The notes beneath the pieces are model-generated. The model was not told the DNA's origin. It was given only the letters and a program-made list of their open reading frames with translations, and made no database searches. This document shows, one piece after another, positions 1-12,594 of a DNA stretch of 64,000 bases. Position numbers and translations under genes: made by a program. Source of the stretch: Octopus sinensis. Its lineage: Eukaryota. Position 1 is the first letter of the stretch, and each line of letters begins with the position of its first letter. The stretch is taken from the NCBI RefSeq assembly GCF_006345805.1, contig NC_043009.1:62434001-62498000 (forward strand), in the 5' to 3' direction.

Positions 1-32
1 AAACAATGTTTTACAATATAGTATAACACAAT

Positions 33-293
33 GTGGAAGCGCAATGGCCCAGTGGTTAGGGCAGCGGACTCGCGGTCGGAGGATCGCAGTTTCGATTCCC
101 AGACCGGTCGTTGTGTGTGTTTATTGAGCGAAAACACCTAAGAGCTCCACAAGCCTCCGGCAGGGGGGGGGCGACTCCTGTTGTACTCTTTTACCCAAAC
201 TTTCTCTCGCTCTTTCTTCCTGTGTCTGGGGGGAACACATACGCCGGAAAACCGGGCCCATGAGTCTGGCTAGGCTTGAAATGGGCGACGAAT
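33..293 (+). mobile_element. tRNA-derived SINE group A, head A1 (Arg-like) + tail T1
   Basis: A box TGGCCCAGTGG, anticodon-loop-like GACTCGCG and B box TTCGATTCCC. Homologous to 61632-61937. Confidence 0.85.
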
Positions 294-895
294 AATACAA
301 TGCATTCCAACGGAGCACAGTAGGGAACAATACAATATAGTCGACATATTACAATATATTAATATATAATATAAGCGAACAAAATGTGCAATACGGTTCA
401 AACATGACAGGATACAGTATAATACTATATTGTATATTGTAGCTATATTGTATCATTACAATATAGTACAATAACAACAAAATATTTTGATAATGTCTGC
501 TTATCGTTGTATTTTTTGTCACCAAGTGATTCAAGTAATTTGCACCCGAGTAGCTTTAACTATCTCATTTTATTTCTATCCAACATTTCGATCAGTCTAC
601 CATCTTACCGTCTTCAGGTGTCCTATTACCGTATTCGACGTATATCCTATTTTCTAAGTAGGGTGAGTATATATGTGTGTGTATGGGAGGGTATATGCGC
701 ATTTGTGAGTATTTCTCTGTGTACGTACGTATGTATGTATACAGGGTGTGTGTATGTATATGTGTGTGTGTAAAAAGGTTGAATGTAGATTCGTCTTTAA
801 TTTGGAGGTTTCCAAAAAAAAACTATTTCTAACATACATTCTTCATATTTTACTGGTAGCTTACAGGTGTAAATTTATGAATATGAAAATAATAC

Positions 896-1494
896 TTGTA
901 TATGGTGTGTTGTGAATTCAGGAAAGAGATCTCATAAAACTCAACAATTTTGATAAAAATGGAGAAGTGAAAGTGTGAAAATAGAGAATTTAATTCATGT
1001 AGACGATCGTTTCGTACAGCGATATAAAAATCATGCAAATTCATGGTTGAATAGAATTAATTAATTAAATTAACTAGATTAAATTAAATTAATTATATAT
1101 CACTGTACTCTTCAGTGCAAGAAGTATAAACAAAATTTTTTACAAAGGACTTGAGAAAGGAACTGGACTCACACATATCTTACTTCCTCATAAGAATAAA
1201 TATGAATCTCTTATATTCTATTCTGCTTTTTCCTTTCTCAAATCTTTTGTTAAAATTTTGTTTATGCTTCCTGCACTGAAGAGTATAGTGATATATAATT
1301 AATTTAATTTAATCTAATTAATTTAATTAATTCTATTCAACCATAAATTTGCATGATTTTTATATCGCTGTACGAAACGATCATCTGCATGAATTTAAAT
1401 TCTCTTATAAATTTTAACGCCTTCTCTTCTCCATTTTTATCAAAATTGTTGAGTTTTATGGGATTTCTTTCCATAAATTCACAACAATATACAA
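896..1494. repeat. Long inverted repeat (foldback), ~265-bp arms and ~67-bp loop
   Basis: 896-1162 is the imperfect reverse complement of 1230-1494. Confidence 0.9.
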
Positions 1495-1571
1495 ATATAT
1501 ACATGTATATATTATATGTATGTGTGTGTATGTATGTATACATATATGTGTGTGTATATGTATGTGTGTAT

Positions 1572-1637
<66 letters not shown>

Positions 1638-2677
1638 TAATTATTTCTAAAATAGATGCAAGAGTAGACATGATTGTGTAAAGGCTTTATATCAAACCCA
1701 GACGGATGAAAAGCAATAGACGACGCCATCGTGATTTGAGCTCAGAACGTTAAAAGCCGTAACTAAGTACCCCTAAGACAGCCAATCCAATGCTCTTCTG
1801 ATTCTTCGATACGCCTCTAGGATTTGAGAGTTTAAGATCCAAAATGAAAGTTTATTTCTCGGTTCTTTTTAATAAAGATGTTATAACATGTAACTTTAAC
1901 ATTACAGTTTTCCTCTCTTACAAAAATAATCAAAAACACCAATTATTTTATTTATTTATTTATCTATTTATTTGTTAATTTATTTGCAATTTAAAGAACA
2001 AGAAAATTCTGGCTATTTTGATCCGAATATCATCCTGCAATAATAAGATCGTAGCTTATATTCTATTTCAATCTTTTAGACGTTTCCGCTTTCCAACTTT
2101 GAGATGAAAGGAAAATTAATAATTGAATATAATTAACGAACCTAAATCATAGTTTTAAGTTTTGTTTTTGTTTTCTATCTTTTTTGTGACTGGTTTATAT
2201 GCAAAGCTTTATGTTCTGCAAATAACAACCTGAATTTTTTGTTGGACCTTAAATCGAAAATTATAGGGAGAATTTTAGATTCCCAATTGATTTAAATTGC
2301 AGTTGGACATATTACACTGAAAATGAACAGAAAGGTCTTAAATCGGACATACCTGACAATCTTCCCACAGGTATTATCATTCATCTATCCACGGAGGTGA
2401 AATGAGCCTATTCCCAAAACAAAAATAAAAGCCCTTTGTGAGGACTTTTATTTTTGTTTTAGGAAGAGGCCGTCAGTTATTTAAGGGTCCCGCCTTGGTT
2501 CCCCAAGCTTCGGGTTGATCTTATGAAGTATTTCCCCGACCGTAGTCCCTGATCCCAGATCAGATATGATCCTACGTTATTTCAGTACTTATCTTTATTG
2601 TATGATTTCATGGTGCTGTTGACTGACTGCAGCTTTGAGTGTTAATTATGTTTATATGACGAAGTATACATTCCTTG

Positions 2678-3967
2678 TATCAGTCATTACGAATGAAATG
2701 TCAGATTTTGAACCGAAAGTTTATTTTATTTTATCTCAACAAAAAGCAATGCAGTTAATCAAAGTATGCACCTAAATTATCAACACAACTTTGCCCTTTT
2801 GTTCGATAGCTTCTTTATGCCAGCAGCAAAGAATTCTGGAGAGCAACAGGTGATGAAATCACGAAAGGCTGTTTTTTGCATCTTCTTCAGATTTGAATTT
2901 TTTTTCCTTGCAAACTGTTGTCTAATGCCTGGAAAACGTGATAGCCAGTTGGTGCAAGGTCTGGAGAATATGGTGGATGATAGAATGCTTCCAAGTTCAG
3001 TTCCTTTAATTTGAATAGCGTTCTTTGTGCAACATATGGTTGAGCATTGTCTTGCAAGAGAATTGGCCTCTCTCTTTTGACCAATCTCGGTTGTTTAATT
3101 GCAAGTCCACTCATCATTTCATCCAATTGGTTGATGTATACAACCGCTGTAATTGACTTACCTGGTCTCATGAAGTTGTAGTCGATGACACCAGTGCTGG
3201 ACCACCAGACAGATACCATTAGCTTTTTTAGTGAATATTCTTTTTTTGGATTGTGTTTTGTCACTTCGTCTCTATCCAACCATCGTACAGAACGCTTGCT
3301 ATTGTTGAAAAGGATCCATTTTTCATCACACGTAATAATGCGATGCAAAAATGATTCGCTTTTATGCTGTGACGGCAAAGAACAGCAAGTTTCAAGACGA
3401 CGTGTCATTTGATGCTCGTTCAGTTCGTGTGGTACCCACTTGTCCAGCTTCTTTACCTTGCCGATTTGTTTCAGATGGTCCAATACAGTTGGAATCGAAA
3501 CATCAAACCTTGCTTTTAACTCACACGTAGTTTGAGATGTATCCACTTCCACTAGTTTCCAACTCATCATTATCCACCTTGGTCTCAGGTCTGTCACAGG
3601 GTCTGGTATTCAAGAGTAAAAGTCACCAGACCGGAACTTCTCAAACCATCGACATACAGTGCGCTCATTCGCTACATCTTCACCAAACACTTCATTGATG
3701 TTTCGAGCTGTCTGGAAGGCATTGGTTCCACGACGGAACTTATATTCATAAACAATACGAATTTTTTATTTACCCATGGGTTCACAAGACTTGATTTACG
3801 AGGGAAAACTCACAATATAATCAGACATCATGAATTGCATTTCGAAAAGTGATGATGTAAACTCTTCAATGTTGTAAAACAAAGAATTATCAGGATAAAA
3901 CATTAGAGTTAAACGGCTGTCAATCTTGGTGCATCAGAAAATCGGACATTTCATCCTTAATGACCCG

Positions 3968-3970
<3 letters not shown>
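2678..3970 (-). mobile_element. Near full-length (~1.29 kb) decayed mariner (Tc1/mariner) DNA transposon
   Basis: Imperfect ~30-bp TIRs (2678-2709 tatcagtcattacgaatgaaatgtcagatttt; 3938-3970) with TA ends, enclosing a disrupted transposase on the minus strand. Confidence 0.92.
2755..3777 (-). pseudogene. Mariner transposase pseudogene
   Basis: Contains WVPHEL, TCDEKW, LLQDNA and HPPYSPDLAP motifs (ORF 2887-3597). The N-terminal part (ATG 3777; FRRGTNAFQTARNINEVFGE..RTVCRWFEKFRSGD) has an early stop and a frameshift, and the C-terminus is also frameshifted. Confidence 0.9.
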
Positions 3971-4037
<67 letters not shown>

Positions 4038-4400
4038 ATCACCTTCGAAACACGCTGGAGTTGAACTAGGGACAGCTGATGAAGGGGATTTTTCCTTGTG
4101 TAGTTTGTCTTGTACTCTGTTTTTTCGTTGTAAAAAAAAGGTCCGTTCCATGCTTGTTTTTACGTTTTCGTTCTCGTTGAGTTCTGCGTCTATTGTGTCG
4201 TGTCCTGTACACACGTATATATATTATATATGCATGATATATACATGTAGATGTAGGTACGTACATATATGTTTGTATGTATGCATATATTTTATTTATT
4301 ACACTATTGTATGACTGAGCGCCCTCGCGTCGATTCGATTCGTTTCGTTTCGTTTCTTCTTCTTCTCCCAGTACAGTTATATATATATATATATATATAT

Positions 4401-4443
<43 letters not shown>

Positions 4444-4702
4444 AGTGATTTACTGCGGGTTAGTTGTGTCGAATAAGTGAGAAATCGTTATTTAAAGCCA
4501 CGTGGTGAACACTGCACAGCAAAAGTTGTTCTCAATCAACCAGTTCATTTACTAAACGACGTATGTATGTACGCACGTAAGCCTGTAAGCATACGTGATT
4601 ACAAATATATGCAAGGAATGTCTCTACAGATATGTGTGGGGGTATATATATATAATTGTATATATCTATGTAATATTATATAATATATATCTATATATAT
4701 AT

Positions 4703-4741
<39 letters not shown>

Positions 4742-4948
4742 TATGTATATAATATATAGATATGTATATATATATATGTATATATGTATATATGGTAAAT
4801 ATAGATATGTATATATATATATTGTATATATATATATAGATATGTATATATATATGGTGTATATATATATATTATATATATATAATACATATATATATAT
4901 ATACATACATCATTATATATATGCATATATATATACATTATATATATA

Positions 4949-4989
<41 letters not shown>

Positions 4990-5198
4990 TTATATGATTC
5001 ATTCTGTAAATAAGAAATATGGAACTGTTTGTAGTTTTTTTATTATTATTATTAATTAATTAATTAATTAATTAGCATGTGGGATTATCAAAATTGTTAA
5101 AAGATCTGGCAAAATGCCTAGCGATTTTTATTCTGGCTCTTTACGTTGTTTAGTTCAAAACATGCTAGGGTCGATAAAACGATTGCGTTAATCTAATG

Positions 5199-6088
5199 CA
5201 GGGGTGAGGGAAACCCCGCCCGCGGGCGCAATTGCGCCAGCGAGCCCATTTCATTGCGCCCGCAGGCTGGTATATTCGTATGTACAAAATATAGTAAATT
5301 TTTCAATTATATAATTTATACAATATGCGTATGCCTATTTGCGACGTAATTCGCGTTTCCACAACGACTTAAAACGGTTAGACTCGGGCATAAAATCGTC
5401 CGGTAATTGCCATTTGTATGGAAATTTTGTTTCCACTATGGAAGCACTCCGTCGGTTACGACGACGAGGGTTCCGGTTGATCCGAATCAACGGAACAGCC
5501 TGCTCGTGAAATTAACGTGTAAGTGGCTGAGCACTCCACAGACACGTGTACCCTTAACGTAATTCTCGGGGATATCAGCGTGACACAGAGAGTGACAAGG
5601 CCGGCCCTTTGAATAAGGTACAACAGAAACAGGAAGAAAGAGTGAGAGAAAGGTGTGGTGAAAGAGTACAGCAGGGATCACCACCATCCCCTGCCGGAGC
5701 CTCGTGGAGCTTTAGGTGTTTTCGCCCAATAAACACACGCAACGCCCGGTCTGGGAATCGAAACCGCGAGTCCGCTGCCCTAACCACTGGGCCATTGCGC
5801 CTCCACTTGTTTCCACTATAAAACACATATTGCTAGGTTTGTACCCCGCCCCCTCTTGAGACCCAACTACACTCTATCTGAAAAATATAGAATACCGCAT
5901 AAGTAATATAAAGGTCCTAAATTGAGTGGCGGTGTAAATGAAAATGTTACGCGTTAATTTAATGTGTTAAAATTATCTTTATTAATTCATATCGAACTAT
6001 ACATAGATATATGCAAGATCTACACAGAGTTATAACCTTTTTCTTTGGAAATGTTCACCCGCTGAACTAAAATGTTTCCCCGCCCCTG
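5199..6088. mobile_element. Non-autonomous hAT-like element interrupted by a SINE
   Basis: Termini CAGGGGTGAGGGAAAC (5199) and GTTTCCCCGCCCCTG (6088). The 8-bp flanks atctaatg and ctcttatg match 6/8, consistent with a decayed hAT TSD. Confidence 0.6.
5440..5806 (-). mobile_element. SINE group A, head A1 + tail T2, nested in hAT element
   Basis: Perfect 13-bp TSD ttgtttccactat (5427-5439 and 5807-5819) and a Pol III A/B box head. Confidence 0.9.
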
Positions 6089-6512
6089 CTCTTATGCAAG
6101 AGAGGATATTAGCAATTAACTCCTCCCTCGCAAATTTACGACCTTTTCTCTCCTTAAGGAATTATAATTAACTAATTAGATAATAAAATGTGTGTATATG
6201 TGCGCGTGTTTATAAGTATATACATGCTTCTGTGTATGTGTGTGGACAGAGAGAGAGAGAGAGAGAAACTGAAGATTAGAACGTTGTCTCTGTTATTGTC
6301 TTTAAAGCTTTATAAATATTTAATCTGTATCAAAGAAGAATAATCCAGTTTGTTGGTTCACGGAAAAGTATAAATCACAAATTAAAAGCAGTTTCTTTGT
6401 TTCAGATTGTCGGAGTGTTGTTTTATTTCTTTTATTTCTTATTATTTTGAAACCTTTTTGTTTTACTGTTTTTCGTTTCTAATCAATTGTTTTTCTTTAT
6501 TGTTTCTTTCAG

Positions 6513-6898
6513 TTGGGTCCCAGCAGCCAATCAGGGGGAAGAACAGCCAGACCCGAACAGCAATTTGGCCAATGGTTCATGGCAAATGGATTTACCGCAT
6601 GGCATTCTCAAGAACAGTCCCACGGGATTGGCAAATCACAATGACAACAGTCCTAGGAATACTGGAAGTACGCCGACAGAAATCGGAAACGGAAGTGACG
6701 TAGGCTCAGACAATATGACCAGCGTCTCGGCTACCGGTGTAGGTAGTCGGACGTCGCTGGTCAAAAAAAAGGTTGTGCATTCCCTGCCCCAAAATAACAC
6801 AGTATTACGTTATGATCCATCGACGGAGTTAACCGAAGCTTTAATTATAGGCCCAGAAGAAGGGAAAGGCAGCCATATTTCACACAATGGCGACGCAG
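6513..6898 (+). CDS. Coding exon A, putative N-terminal cytosolic region of an otopetrin-family channel (WVPAANQGEE...SHNGDA)
   Basis: Polypyrimidine tract plus AG at 6511-6512 (tttctttcAG) and donor gcag|GTTAGT at 6899. 386 bp of non-repetitive open frame with protein-like Ser/Asn/Gly-rich composition, and an in-frame ATG at 6586. It ends in phase 1, matching the exon at 53903. The link to OTOP rests on phase and strand only. Confidence 0.6.
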
Positions 6899-7089
6899 GT
6901 TAGTTAGAGATTACATACAAAATCAAATTCTGGCGCTTACTGGATTTCAGCGATATTATTATATCAACTGGCTCGATTAAAATTTCGGAACCGATAATAT
7001 CGAGTGACACATATTGCTTATCGTTTCGTGATATCACATTCCGTCTTCACACCGATCACAACTCAAGTGTGCATTATTCGATCGTCGTA

Positions 7090-7122
7090 TGAGGATGTTG
7101 ATGGTGATAGTAATGGTTGTTG

Positions 7123-7157
<35 letters not shown>

Positions 7158-7230
7158 TTGATGGTGATAGTAATGGTTGTTGTGATGATGATGATGATGA
7201 GGATGTTGATGGTGATAGTAATGGTTGTTG

Positions 7231-7261
<31 letters not shown>

Positions 7262-7378
7262 GATGTTGATGGTGATAGTAATGGTTGTTGTGATGATGAG
7301 GATGTTGATGAGGATGATGAGGATGTTGATGGTGATAGTAATGGTTGTTGTGATAATGGTGATGATGATGATGATGAA
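7090..7378. repeat. Compound minisatellite gatgttgatggtgatagtaatggttgttgt + (GAT)n, about five units
   Basis: Direct reading; it accounts for ORFs 7004, 7063 and 7089. Confidence 0.95.
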
Positions 7379-8347
7379 TGAGAGGAACGTAGCAAGGATG
7401 GTGGTGTTAAATGATCATAATGATGGTGATGTGATGGTGATGACGGCGTCTAACAACTTCTGCAGGTGTCTAACGATAAGCTGTGTTGTTTTACCACAGA
7501 GCAGGGAGTGGCGTCCTACGGCCCGCGGGCCAAATTCACCCTCTCCTCCCACACTTCATTTCACCCTTCATTTTATCATATTTTATTAGGTATATGGTGT
7601 TACATACAAAAATTATTTTATTTTTTTCTTTTGATATCTAGTTTTTGGTTTTGTTTTCTTTTTTGCTTCTCTGTCTCTTGCCCTCTCTCTCTCCCTCCCC
7701 CTCTCCCCTCTCTCTTCCCTCTCTCCCTCCCTCTCTTTCCCTCCCTCTCTCTCCTTCCCTCTCCCCCCATCTCTCTCTCCCTTTATCTACCTTTTAGATA
7801 GCGAATGATAAAAATTACTGTAAAACAAACGCCATATTTTTGCAAAGGCTTTAAATGAATCAAAGTTTTATATGGCTTCTAACATAGATGCAAGGGCCAG
7901 CGATTTCGAAGGAAGATCTTAATCGATCACAGCGATCCCAATACTTGAATGGTACATTATTTTCATCAACCCCGCTAAAAAAAAAAATCAAAATTAAAGT
8001 TTCCAAAAATGCGATATTTTAAACAATGAATGTTTTCACTTCCCTAAGCAACACAGAATAACAATGCTTCATGCGCTGTCACAATGTTATTTATATGCAA
8101 AATCGATTCTAAAACATGGAAGGAGAGACAAAATATATTTATTTGTCCTTTGAGAAAATCAGGTAAATCGGCCGGAACTGCATTTACCCTTCAAAGCCGC
8201 AATCACCCATATTCGGCTCTACTAAGTGTTCAGACTCACTGAGGTATACTTTGCCATACAGGATAGACACGTACTCATTTTTTACGTCGTCAGCAAATAT
8301 ATAGCGCTTCTTTCATTATAATAAGATGACGTTTAAAATATTGGTTT

Positions 8348-8798
8348 CAAATTTTGGTACAGGGCCAGCAATTTCGAGGGAGGAAGTCAAGTCGATTACA
8401 TTTCCCCCAGAGTTCAACTGGTATTTATTTTATCGATCCCAAAAAGATGAACGGCAAAGTCGACCTCAGTGGAATTTGAACCCGGAATGTAATGAGTCGG
8501 AAGAAATGCCGCTAAGCATTTTGTCCGACGCGGTAACGATTCTGCCACCGTTCCGCCTTAGTGACGTTTAAAATATTGGTTTTCAATTCTGGTATACGGC
8601 CAGCAATTTCGGCGGGAGATGATTGATAAGTCGATTACATAGAGCCCAAGGTTCAACTGATACTTATTTTATCGACCCCGAAAGGGATAAAAGGCAAGGT
8701 CAACTTCGGTAGAAATCGAACTCAGAACGTAAAGTCGGAAGAAATGCCGCTAAGTATTTTGCCCGGAGCGGTAACAATTCTGCCAATTCACGGCCTTA
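8348..8798 (-). mobile_element. Two head-to-tail SINE-B copies
   Basis: Each carries the gaggtcgactttgcc..catc..gggtcgataaa..aagtaccag core. The duplicated tgacgtttaaaatattggttt flanks the left copy. Confidence 0.8.
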
Positions 8799-9849
8799 CT
8801 ATGGTTATTGCTTTCAAATTTTAGCACAAGGCCAGCAATTCGGCCACACAGCGATGCCTGCGCCTATATGATCATGACTCCATATTTTACTCGCTCTGTC
8901 CCGCAAAACATAAAAAAAGCATTTCCAAGCTGGCCCACCTCCAAGAAGTTTGTGATTTCCTGTTTTAGAGCTAGAAGTAAATTCCTGGCTAACAAAATCT
9001 CCGATCAGCTTCGATTTCTATAAGTAGATATCTATCTTAACTGGGGGGAGGGATACATGTACATTGTATCGTACATTCCGCCTCTCTTCGGAATCTCGAA
9101 TCTCCTTTCTACCTGAAGAAGGGTGCGGCCTTGTATCTAGGTTACAAATTAACGCTTCCGTTCTCTTACCCACCAAGTCCGCCATCTGCGTTCGATTCCC
9201 AGTTTGGTGCTGCTATATTTTCAATTAAATCATTATTAACAGCTTCTTTTAGAAACTACTTCCACGATCTCGACATTCTTTACTGGCTCCGTCGCCATCT
9301 TCATCTTCATCATCATCATCATCATCATACTCAACAAGTGCCTCATTTACCTTATTTCCGGTGCTGTTATTAAGACTGCATCTTAAGATGGTATTCAGTT
9401 AATTGTGCTCACGTGTACAAGTGCATAAACACTACAGACATACTCACTTCTACACGCATGCAATTCCAGCTTGTAACCTCATGTGAGTGTGCTTGTATGC
9501 GTACTCAGTTGTCTATGGATGTGTGTCTATGGATGTGTGTCTATGGATGTGAGTATGTGTGCGTGTACATACTTGTGTGTGTGTGTGCACGATTTCATTT
9601 ATTCCACTTGAAGACTGAATTCCCAAAATACGTGTTGAGTGGTCTCTTTCACTGTTTACAACAAAAAAAACCTTTTCGAGATTTTACATAAACATTTAGC
9701 AATAATTAAATAAGTTCATATATATATATATATACACACACATACATACATACATACATACATACATACATACATACATACATACATACATACATACATG
9801 CATATATATACATACATATATATACATTATATGTATGTATGTATATATG

Positions 9850-9896
<47 letters not shown>

Positions 9897-10270
9897 ATGT
9901 ATATAAGTATGTGTATATATATATATGTGTGTATGTATGTATATATATATATATATACATATATACATACGTATATATACATACATATATATATGTATAC
10001 ACACACACACATATATATACATATATAAATACTGATATATATGATATATACATACATATATATATACACATATATATACATGTATATATATACGTAATTT
10101 TGTATAAACATATCTGTAGCTGTGTATATTTATTTATTAATTTTGTTACCTTCTTTTTTCTTTATTCTTTTATTATTTGAATTCTTCTTGCAATGAAGTT
10201 ACTAACAGACTTCCAAAGTTCCATCGCTGAAATTGAAATAACATTTGAGATCTGATGTACTTTTAGTATA

Positions 10271-10600
10271 GTGAAGGCGCGTGGCTTAGTAGTGGTTAGG
10301 AGGATTCGGCCCCACGATCGCAGGGCCCTGAGTTCGATTCCTGGCGACGCGTTGCATCCTTTGAGCATGACACTTCATTTAACTTTGCTCCAGTCCACTC
10401 AGTTGGCAAGAATGAGTTGTACTTGTAATTCAAAGGGGCCAGCCTTGTCACATTCTGCGTCACGTTGAATCTCCACGAGAACTACGTTAAGGGTACTCGT
10501 GTCTGTAGAATGCTCAGCCACTTGCGCGTTAATTTCAGGAGAAGGCTGTTCCGTTGACCGGGTCAGCTGGAACCCATGTCGTCGTAAGCGACAGAGGGCC
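10271..10600 (+). mobile_element. SINE group A, head A2 + tail T2
   Basis: Head gtgaaggcgcgtggcttagt..gttcgattcc, central gctccagtccactcagttggcaagaatgag module and tail ..gctgttccgttga..gtcgtcgtaa. Confidence 0.85.
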
Positions 10601-11822
10601 AAGCCTGAACAAGTCACTTTATTTCACGTTGTTCCTGTCCACTCAGCTGGCAAAAATAAGATGCACCTGTATTTCAAAGGGCCATTTGTTCCACTAAACC
10701 CTTGAAGTTGGGGCCCCAGCATGGCCGCAGTCTAATGACAAAAGCATATACAGGTATAAAAGAATATGCATGCGTGTATGTGTGGGCATATTGATAATAA
10801 TTTAATTAGTATGGAAGGGTGTGTATTTTGATTAGTTTGCGTGTGCTTTGTATATTCTTTTGTTTTATCTTTTACTTGTTTCAGTCATTGGACTGCGGCC
10901 ACGCTGGGGCATCGCCTTGAACAAATCTGTCCCAGTACTCATGCTTTAAGCCTAGCACTTATTCTATCGGTCTTTTTTGCCGAACGACCACTACGTTACG
11001 AGCACATGAACAAACCAGCACCGGTTGTCAACCGGCGAGAGATGATACAGCCGCTAAGCCGCGATTTGGTGTGGTGGAGATCATTCTCTCAAAGCACCGG
11101 GTGTTAAAACACCTGAGAGTCGTGGACAGACGAGACAATTCACACCAGATCCCATTCAGGAATGATGAGTATCGATGTTTTGCCACTTTTGTGGCTTATC
11201 AATATCGCGTACCCGAATCGAATCGGAGGTGATTCATATTGACCTGAAACCAATGGTAGCCTTGTTAACTCATAAATGAAGTGTGTGTGTGTGTATTGGA
11301 TGGCTGTTAACTGCTCGTGAGCTCTTCCGCCCTTTGACAGTCTTATTTTTCGTCCTGCAAATTGTACGTCTGCGTGTATGTATGCGCGAGGACGTGAAAA
11401 TACCTGGGTTGGTGTCCGGGCGCGCAGTTGGCCCACTGTGAGTTGGAGGCCCCTCTGTTGTTGTCACAATATCTCTCTAGGAGAAGGAAACTCTGAGAGA
11501 AAACCTGCGACACTGACAATATACGATGATGTAGACTAGTTCTTCCTTCCAAGTTTATGTTGTCCATGTTCAGAGAATGGGATTGGATTTCTGCAAATCT
11601 TTCCTCCAGTATAAAAAAATCTATCATGCACAGGCATCGCTTGAAAAAAAGTAAGACCTATTGCAAAAATGGTTGATACAAGCATCGCATGTCTAGGACT
11701 TTCGATCAGGCGATGGCAATACTCGAACACAAGTTTGCAGCCATTATGCTTGCAAGTATGCATGTATGTATATGTATGGATGTTTATGTGTATATGAATG
11801 TACGAATTCATACTCTCTCTCT

Positions 11823-12594
11823 CTCTTTTTACTCTTTGACTTGTTTCAGTCATTTGACTGCGGCCATGCTGGAGCACCGCCTTTAGTCGAACAAATCGAC
11901 CCCGGGACTTATTCTTTGTAAGCCCAGTACTTATTCTATCGGTCTCTTTTAGCCGAACCGCTAAGTGACAGGGGCGTAAACACACCAGCATCGGTTGTCA
12001 AGCAATGCTAGGGGGACAAACACAGACACACAAACACACACATACATATATATATATATATATGAAGGCGCATGGCTCAGTGGTTAGAGCGTCGAGCTTA
12101 CGATCGTGAGGTTGTGAGCTCGAATCCCGGACCGGGCTGCGTGTTGTGTTCTTGAGCAAGGCACTTTATTTCACGTTGCTCCAGTTCACTCAGCTGTAGA
12201 AATGAGTTGCGACGTCACTGGTGCCAAGCTGTATCGACCTTTGTCTTTCCCTTGGATAACACTGGTGGCGTGGAGAGGGGAGGCCGGTATGCATGGGCGA
12301 CTGCTGGTCTTCCATAAACAACCTTGCCCGGACTTGTGACTTGGAGGGTAACTTTCTAGGTGCAATCCCATGGTCATTCATGACCGAAGGGGGTCTTTAC
12401 CCTTTATATATATATATATATATATATATACGACAGGCTTCTTTCAGTTTCCGTCTACCAAATCCACTCACAAGGCATTGGTCGGCCCGGGGCTATAGCA
12501 GAAGACACTTGCCCAAGGTGCCACGCAGTGGGACTGAACCCGGAACCATGAGGTTGGTTAGCAAGCTACTTACCACACAGCCACTCCTGCGCCT
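11823..12594 (-). mobile_element. Full-length SINE-C split by a nested group A SINE
   Basis: 3' half 11823-12060 and 5' half 12430-12594, with head ggcgcaggagtggctgtgtgg..gggttcagtccc. Confidence 0.9.
12063..12405 (+). mobile_element. SINE group A, head A2 + tail T3, inserted in the (TA)n of a SINE-C
   Basis: tRNA-like head and central module shared with 10271, a distinct 3' tail, and (TA)n on both sides. Confidence 0.85.

Noticed and set aside
33-105. tRNA-Arg(UCG)-like gene
   Set aside because: It is a SINE head: it continues into a repeated body and tail and recurs at 5806, 33049 and 61937. The same applies to the A2, B and C heads.
2411-2465. ~23-bp A/T-rich hairpin as pre-miRNA
   Set aside because: The arms are homopolymer-rich and short, with no expression evidence.
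4036-4100. CTGATGAAGG with upstream CCTTCGAAAC as a type II hammerhead
   Set aside because: I could not form stem I or a properly placed cleavage triplet.
4691-4997. Many YI/CV/HT-rich ORFs across the window
   Set aside because: They are translations of (TA)n, (TG)n and (TACA)n microsatellites that lack stop codons.
8348-8798. CRISPR-like or satellite array from regularly spaced repeats
   Set aside because: The repeats are 200-bp SINE copies in a eukaryotic intron, with no repeat-spacer architecture or cas genes.
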